Shown: one piece after another, positions 56,886-64,000 of the stretch | How positions within the stretch are numbered: position 1 is the first letter of the stretch | Layout: the number at the start of each line of letters is the position of its first letter | NCBI GenBank assembly: GCA_951406725.2 | Contig: OX597820.1 | Coordinates: 64,356,001-64,420,000, forward strand | DNA from: Octopus vulgaris | Taxonomy: Eukaryota | Direction: 5' to 3' | DNA length: 64,000 bases | Position numbers and translations under genes: made by a program | Notes under the pieces: generated by a model | What the model saw: only the letters and a program-made list of their open reading frames with translations | Databases searched by the model: none | Told to the model about the DNA's origin: nothing

Positions 56886-59106
56886 GGAAGGCATTTGTTC
56901 TGGAGTGAGCAGTCTGTTGTTCCCCTGTCTTCTGCCGTATAATATCGACTTTTTTTTTCTATTTCGCTTTCTGTTTCTTTCTTACCTTGTAATGAAATTG
57001 TACTAAAGTTCTTGAAAAGTACATATATGTGTGTGTGTGTTTGTGTGTGTGTGTTTTGTGTGTGTGTGTGTATGTGAGTGTACGTGTGTGTGCGTGTGTG
57101 TACGTGCGTGTGTGCATTATTATTTTTATCATTATCATTATTATTATAATAATAATTATATATGGAGATGGCCAATTTCTTTGGGCAAGAAACAACAATA
57201 GATATTGGAATAAATTTGAAAATTGGATGAATAGTAACAGACAATAGCAGCTTTACTAACGTAAATCTCAACATGACTGATTATGATGAGTCAGAAGGTC
57301 ACGATAACTAAACAGTATTAATGAAAATTATTCACTCTTTATGTAACCATATTCTGGCATACGTTAGAGAACGTTGATTGTGTAACCAAACTTTAGTGAT
57401 CCAATCCTATCTCATTCTGTTATATAACCAGGACGAAATACATTTAAAATCTTATTAACTAAAAAAAAAAAAAAAGATATTAACGAAGGAAAATGAAATT
57501 TTTCTTACTACATGTGGTCAGTATTTGAATTAACTACAGACGATTGAATGTAGTTATGATATAAATCCACCCATATGTATTACGCATTTCAATTACTTTC
57601 TTCCGTTTGTTTTTCCTATGAATAATGTGATTTTAAATAGGCACCTTAATTTGCAATGCATATGAAAATCAGCTGTGTTTACTAAATAATCAAATAACTT
57701 GCTTTAAAACATATTTTGAAAGAAGGAAGAAAATAACACATGGAAAATGTCATACTGCAAATAAAGAATTGGTTTAATCATATAGGACATTCTGATTCTG
57801 GCTTCAGTAGTTTTAAAGACAGAAACAGACACTGGAACGTATCATGCAAACGGAAATATACAAAAAACGGTGACACTTGATTGGTGTTTTATTTTTTTCT
57901 CAATCTAATGGGACAGGTACAATTGGTAGTATATTAATTATGTCATTAGATTCAGTGCATCGCAATCGAGATTGTCGCTGTTTGGCAATGTGATAATCAG
58001 GTGAAAGTGACTCAAAAATAAATAAAGTGACCATTGTAAATATATGTCTGCGCATGTGCTGTCGATGCTTCCACCACTACTAACAACATCATGGCCAAGC
58101 AGAATACAGCGGACTAATTGCGACTAACACAACATTAGGAATATCTACTCTAATATTGACATATAATTAGTACCATCATAGAGTACCTTCGGCAGTGGCT
58201 CAGGGGCCTCACGGGTCTAGGGGCCCAATTCTGGTCTTTGTATCATGTACCTTACTGTCAATAAATAAATACCAAAAATCCCAGTACATTGATTTATCAG
58301 CGGTGTGGCTATATTACCATTAAAATGGCCCTGCGTGTATTCATGTGTTTAAGAATATTCCACACTCTGACATGCGATGGTTGATTAAAAGTGCTATCTC
58401 ATTGAAGTAAGTTTTTTCTAACCTCCATCTGTTTCTCCGCCCTTTACTGTCCCGCCTGTTTTTCTATATCTCTGTATGTCTATATACAGCAATGTATAAT
58501 CTCAAGTCAGATCTAGTCGAGCATATCTACAATAAATACCCTTCCAGCCGTAAACATCTCGCCTAAAAGATGAAGTTTGTCAGAGAATGTGTTATTTGTT
58601 TTTCATTCCATCCTTTAGTCATATAGGAACTGAAGGAATATGATGGCGGCTATATCTAATTTTGGAATGAGAAAAAAAAAACAACAGAAGTGCCTTACTT
58701 ATATGATCTGATCTGCAATGATGTAATCATTATGCTACATATCTTCTCACAGGTATCAGTGCAAGATTAATGACTCTCAGAATAAAGCTTAATGACTCGA
58801 AAAGGTATGCAGCATTAATGAGTTTATACCCGGTGACACTTGATGCAGACACAAAATAATTATCAAACTTATGCTCATTTTCACTTCGTACTGCCTAAAA
58901 TACATAAAAAAGAAATATTCTTGATTGGAGAGCACAAACCAGGGATGACATTGATTTCAGGTTGTGAAATAGAAAAGAGGACATAGAAAAGGCTGACACA
59001 TATGATATTTGTCGCCGTAATAATCGTAAGCATATATTTGTAATCAGTATTACACCATCCCTATAAACAAAGAAATAAACGTACTGATGCAGCCATAGGT
59101 CTATGC

Positions 59107-59676
59107 AAGGGATTCTCAACAGGATCCCTATGAACCCTCAGGAGCCATGTCAGATTTTTGGGGATCCACGCAATAAAAGAGCAAATTGGGGATCCGCAAT
59201 AGTACTTTAATGAACTCTGAAAAAATTATGCTTTCGCCGGATGTATTGTTGTGTATTGCAAGAAACATATAGGATTCTTTCTCCAACATTTTACATAGTC
59301 ATTCTGCACAAGTTTATGTGAACTCTGAAAAAATTATGCTTTCGCCGGATGTATTGTTGTGTATTGCAAGAAACATAAAGGATTCTTTCTCCAACATTTT
59401 ACATAGTCATTCTGCACAAGTTTAATGAACTCTGAAAAAATTATGCTTTCGCCGGATGTATTGTTGTGTATTGCAAGAAACATATAGGATTCTTTCTCCA
59501 ACATTTTACATAGTCATTCTGCACAAGTTTATGTGTATGTGAAAAACAAAATAGAAATATTGAAAGAGGTTTCTATAAAAGTAGTTTTTAAGCATTGAAT
59601 GGCTATGGGGGTCCACTAGCATAAAATAGTGATCATAGGGGTCCATAGATAAAAAAAAAATATTTGAGGATCCCTA
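59107..59676 (+). mobile_element. hAT (Buster-type) MITE with internal tandem triplication
   Basis: TIRs aagggattctcaac / tttgaggatcccta. TSD gtctatgc (59099-59106) / gtctacac (59677-59684). Subterminal ggggtcc-type motifs. Confidence 0.8.
59211..59535. repeat. 3 x 107-108 bp tandem repeat
   Basis: Units start at 59211, 59319 and 59426 and are nearly identical. Confidence 0.95.
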
Positions 59677-59934
59677 GTCTACACTATGATTGATTTATAT
59701 CATCTTAAGCGTCTTCGATCACGACGATATGCTCCTACCACTTTAGGACTGAGGATTTCTGTATGAATCATACCTGTATGAATCATACATCTGTACAAAT
59801 CATACATAATTTCAAATGCTCATTCAAATCGGTTGTAAATGTGTCCACGAGAGAAATGATTCATGCTAAAATCGAAGTTAATCGCACAAACGAAATTATG
59901 TGCGTATATAATATATATTATGCGTTTATATGTA

Positions 59935-60315
59935 TTCTTTTATTTGTTTCGGTCAGTTGACTGCGACCATGATGGAACAACGCCTTCAGCAGAAGAAACC
60001 GACCCCAGGACTTACTCTTTGTAAGTCTTGTATATATTCTATCAGTAACTTTTGGCGAAATAAAAGTGACGGGTGACGGGTATGTAAACACACCAATATC
60101 GGTTGTCAAGCAATATATATAACACTGACACCAAAATAAATAAATACATACATACATATATATATATTCCACGGGGCGTCTTTCTGTTTCCATCTACCAA
60201 ATCCACTCACAGGGCTTCGGTCGAAGATACTTGCGCAAGATGCCACGAAGTGGAACTGAATCCGGAACCATGTGGTTTGGAAGCAAGCTTCTTACCACAC
60301 AGCTATGCCTGCACC
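59935..60315 (-). mobile_element. SINE family 1
   Basis: Matches the family consensus. Confidence 0.85.
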
Positions 60316-60335
60316 TCTATGTGTGTCTGTATATA

Positions 60336-60409
<74 letters not shown>

Positions 60410-61037
60410 TATATATATGGATATGCAATAAAAGTGTATATTTGTGTGTATGTAAGAATATATAAGTGCGTCTGTGTGTGCGTTTGTCCATATGGATATA
60501 ATAGTCATTGTGTTGTTTGGAAATTAATTAGTCATACGTCTTCAACTCCCCCAGGCAGGATCTTGTTTAACTTGTTGAATATAGCGTCTTGATCTAGATT
60601 ATTGCCTTTTCTCTCCGTTTGTGTACGATTTATAATGTCTAGTAAAATTTAATCACATGTTTAAAGTGCGTAATATCCATTGCTTACTCTATGAACTTAC
60701 GAAGAACTATAGTGATACAGAAGCAATAAAAATAATTGTAAATTATATTCTGATGCACTTAGTATTTGTAAATGCCACACTCACTTTCAGAAAATTTAAA
60801 AGTGCGATTATGATTTGTACCATAAGTCTCGTTCCGAAAAATACCACTTGGGGTTACGGTGTTTTGAGAGAAATTGTGAATCGAGTCCCTGAAAATACAC
60901 CAGAGATTCGAGGCACAATCTGAGAGTTTTGTCCTCAGCTGTCCGGTATATTCCCACGGAAATTGGAAAAAAAATGCGCAAAAGAAACAATTTATGCTCG
61001 TGAGTTTCTGCTTAAGAATGGAACTCAATATTGCTTG

Positions 61038-62179
61038 AGTTTTATAGACAAGTCTTTAAAAATGTCTATCTTGTTTTTCAACTTGTGTTGGTCGAACTAT
61101 GTAAAATGTTAAGAGAAAAAGCCTAGCTGATTCTTGCCATACATACCAATACATATGGAAAGCAAAACATTTTTCAGGAGCCCTTCAAATTCTACTGTGG
61201 ATCTCTAATTTACTATTTTGCTACGTGAAGCCCCAAAATTCTTATATGGACCCCGTTTGACAAGCATTGACTTACATGATCAAGCTGCTTTCAATAAGCA
61301 TCTTGAGTAATATTCTTTAATTATTACAGAACCTAACATTTCACAACAGCACTTGATTTATTTACCGACAATCATTTTAATAGGCGATATCATGCTGTTG
61401 ATTTCTAAAGAGAAATACCACATACTTCACCGGGAATAACAATCACTCGTTTGCGAATCTCTTTCTTTCAATATAGAAGCCCCAAATACAGCAGGTTAAC
61501 AAGAAAAGGAAAACAAAGTTGGTAGCTCAAACACGCAGTAAACAATCATTTCCTTATAGAGATTGTCGGGGAGCAGATGTTTGAATTTAAAATTAAGAAA
61601 TAAAGAAAAACACGCGTGCAATACACATCTCTTATCTTTTATGTTTTTTTTTTGTTTCAGTCATTAGACTGCGGCCATGCTGGAGCACCGATTCGATGAA
61701 CTGTTAGTCGAAGAAATCGATCCAGTAATGTTTTATTGAATTATTATTTGTTCCTTGCTATTTACGAAGTTCTTAAAAGAAAACAAGTATGTGGTATATC
61801 TGTTTAGAAATCAACAGCATGATATCGCCTATTAAAATGATTGTCGGTAAATAAATCATCAAATGCTGTTGTGAAATGTTAGGTTTTGTAATAATTAAAG
61901 AATATTACTCGAGATGCTTATTGAAAGCAGCTTGATCATGTTAGTCAGTGCTTGTCAAACAGGGTCCATATAAGAATTTTGGGGCTTCACGTAGCAAAAT
62001 AGTAAATTAGAGATCCACAGTAGAATTTGAAGGGCTCCCGAAAAAAAATTTGCTTTACATATGTATTGGTATGTATGGCAAGAATCAGCTAGGCTTTTTT
62101 CTCTTAACATTTTACATAGTTCGACCAACACAAGTTGAAAAACAAGATAGGAATTTTGAAAGACTTGTCTATAAAACTA
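61038..62179. repeat. ~390-bp inverted duplication (arms ~61038-61427 and ~61785-62179), spacer ~360 bp containing a SINE 3' fragment (61650-61725)
   Basis: Arms are reverse complements over their whole length with few mismatches. Confidence 0.93.
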
Positions 62180-62275
62180 GTTTATAAACATCGAATGGCT
62201 TTGGGTGTCCGCCAAAATAAAATAGTAATCAAAGGGGCCCATAGATAAAAGCAAAAAAATGGTTGAGAACCATTG
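61946..62275 (+). mobile_element. hAT MITE related to 59107-59676
   Basis: TIRs cagtgcttgtcaaac / ggttgagaaccattg. Degenerate TSD atgttagt / gtgtaaat. Shares aacattttacatagt, gaatggct..gggtcc and ccatagataaaa with the 59-kb MITE. Confidence 0.75.
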
Positions 62276-62763
62276 GTGTAAATGTGGTATAACATAGGGA
62301 CTACTCATTTTCAAAAACAAAAAGAAAAATGGTGTTACTCTTCAGTGTGACGATATAAGGGTTCTCTCTTTACAAAAAAAGGGAAAGAAAGAGACGCTCG
62401 ATAGGATGGGGCATTTTTCATGACGATTGCTCAGTATTGTTGACCGCCAGAGCAGATCAAAACAGCCTGAAACAGATAAGACGTTGAAAACGATATATAA
62501 AATATACTTGATTTGAATTAGAAATAGAGACAAAAATAAATAAATAAATAGATGGATAAGTAAATAACTGAATATATAAATAAGCAAAGAAATGAAAGCA
62601 ATGTTTTTATGCGAAGAATCTTAAAATTACTACTCCGTCGGTCTGTAGCCGCAAATAATGACGATGATTTTATTACTGATAAATAGTATTTAATTAAGCT
62701 CAACTGACTTTTTTCTCTCATCCTTTCGAAAATACTTAATTACTGAACACTACCCCACCTATA

Positions 62764-62800
<37 letters not shown>

Positions 62801-63571
62801 GTGTATGTGTGTGTGTGTGTGTGTTTATATTCACATATATACATTGGTTTGCATCTATGTATTTATAGAAATACTTATATACACATATACACTCACATTT
62901 ATATATAATTTTATTTTGCCGTGATTCATGCGCACATACCTACACTTCTAATAGATATGGGTGCGTATGTATGCTTGTGACTGTGATTTGAAGATAGAAA
63001 AGTCAGACATAAATGATAAAGCAGATGCACTTACTTATCCATTGTACTCTATTACAAGTGAAGGTCATTAAAATAATCCGATATTACCAGAAGCAAGACG
63101 TTCGAAAATAAGGTATCAATTAAACAAATGTTCTACTTGTTAAGGAAGAAGTGTATAGAAGTGATGAAGTATGGAAACAATGTTGTGGCAGGAGAGTAGT
63201 GGCAATTGTTGAGATTGTATCATCTAGTAACTTTGATGTGAAGAAAAATACAAGAGAAATAAATCGTTGAAATTTTAAATTTTCGTTAGGTAAAAAATGA
63301 GTTACAGGTAAAGTAAACAACATGACATTTCATTTCACATATATCATATATCCTTTAGAATATGTTATTGAAATATAACGTGCGTTCTATGGAGAAACGG
63401 ATGCATATATCAAAAATCGAATGAAGTCCTTACGATGGGGTTTCTTTCATTCTAAATTTACTAGGATTATGTATTGTAAACGTGAAACAAACAGAAATAA
63501 TAGATTGAAGAATGGAAGTTAGTCGATACTTTCAAGACTGGTGCTTTATTTTATCGACACTGAAAGGACCA

Positions 63572-63632
<61 letters not shown>

Positions 63633-63730
63633 GATATTATATATATACACACATATATATATATATATATATTATACATATACACATATATATACATACA
63701 TATATATATGTATATATATGCATATATATA

Positions 63731-64000
63731 TTAATAGTTATCGCCATATTGATATGGCAGTCTATAAATATAAGACTAAAGCTGTCGCTGATTAGCTCCA
63801 AGAGGCCATCGCCTCTCGCTAGCTATATGACACACGAACCTGCATCCATTACAACCTTCGAACAGGGGAGGTCAGTAGCGACACCTGCTGGTTCTGACTA
63901 CGCTGCATTGATAAAGGGCAACATCCCTGAAACATGTCTGCAGATGTCTGACTAGTAAGGTGAAGCGGCTGACCTCCCCTGTTCGAAGGTTGTAATGGAC
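63731..64000 (+). mobile_element. Foldback element next to (TA)n: 31-bp perfect inverted repeat enclosing a hammerhead motif (runs off the window)
   Basis: 63845-63875 is the exact reverse complement of 63969-63999. Confidence 0.75.
63903..63943 (+). ncRNA. Minimal type I hammerhead ribozyme, U3-A8 core variant
   Basis: ctgca-TTGATAA-aggg[caacat]ccct-GAAAC-at-GTC-tgcag. All stems pair, palindromic ACATGT stem III, GUC triplet. Confidence 0.72.

Noticed and set aside
59211-59535. CRISPR-like array
   Set aside because: Eukaryotic context, identical tandem units with no unique spacers, and no cas genes.

Overview
AT-rich eukaryotic non-coding DNA, intergenic or a very large intron. Microsatellite density and SINE families resemble a coleoid cephalopod such as Octopus (inference). 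No host protein-coding exon could be supported; nearly all short ORFs are translated microsatellites. Recognisable contents: (1) a decayed Buster-type hAT transposon with TIRs and an 8-bp TSD (2462-5471), plus two related hAT MITEs; (2) about 25 copies or fragments of three tRNA-derived SINE families; (3) a ~6.8-kb same-orientation array of five R4/Dong-like (RT + restriction-like endonuclease) retrotransposon pieces, each separated by (TAA)n (23.3-30.1 kb), two with uninterrupted ORFs; (4) older R4-like, CRE-like and RTE-X LINE relics; (5) several short non-coding elements near (TA)n tracts, three with long inverted repeats, carrying minimal type I hammerhead ribozyme motifs like those of Penelope-like elements/retrozymes. 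One of these has a compensatory U3-A8 core. All calls were made by eye; no searches or folding programs were run.
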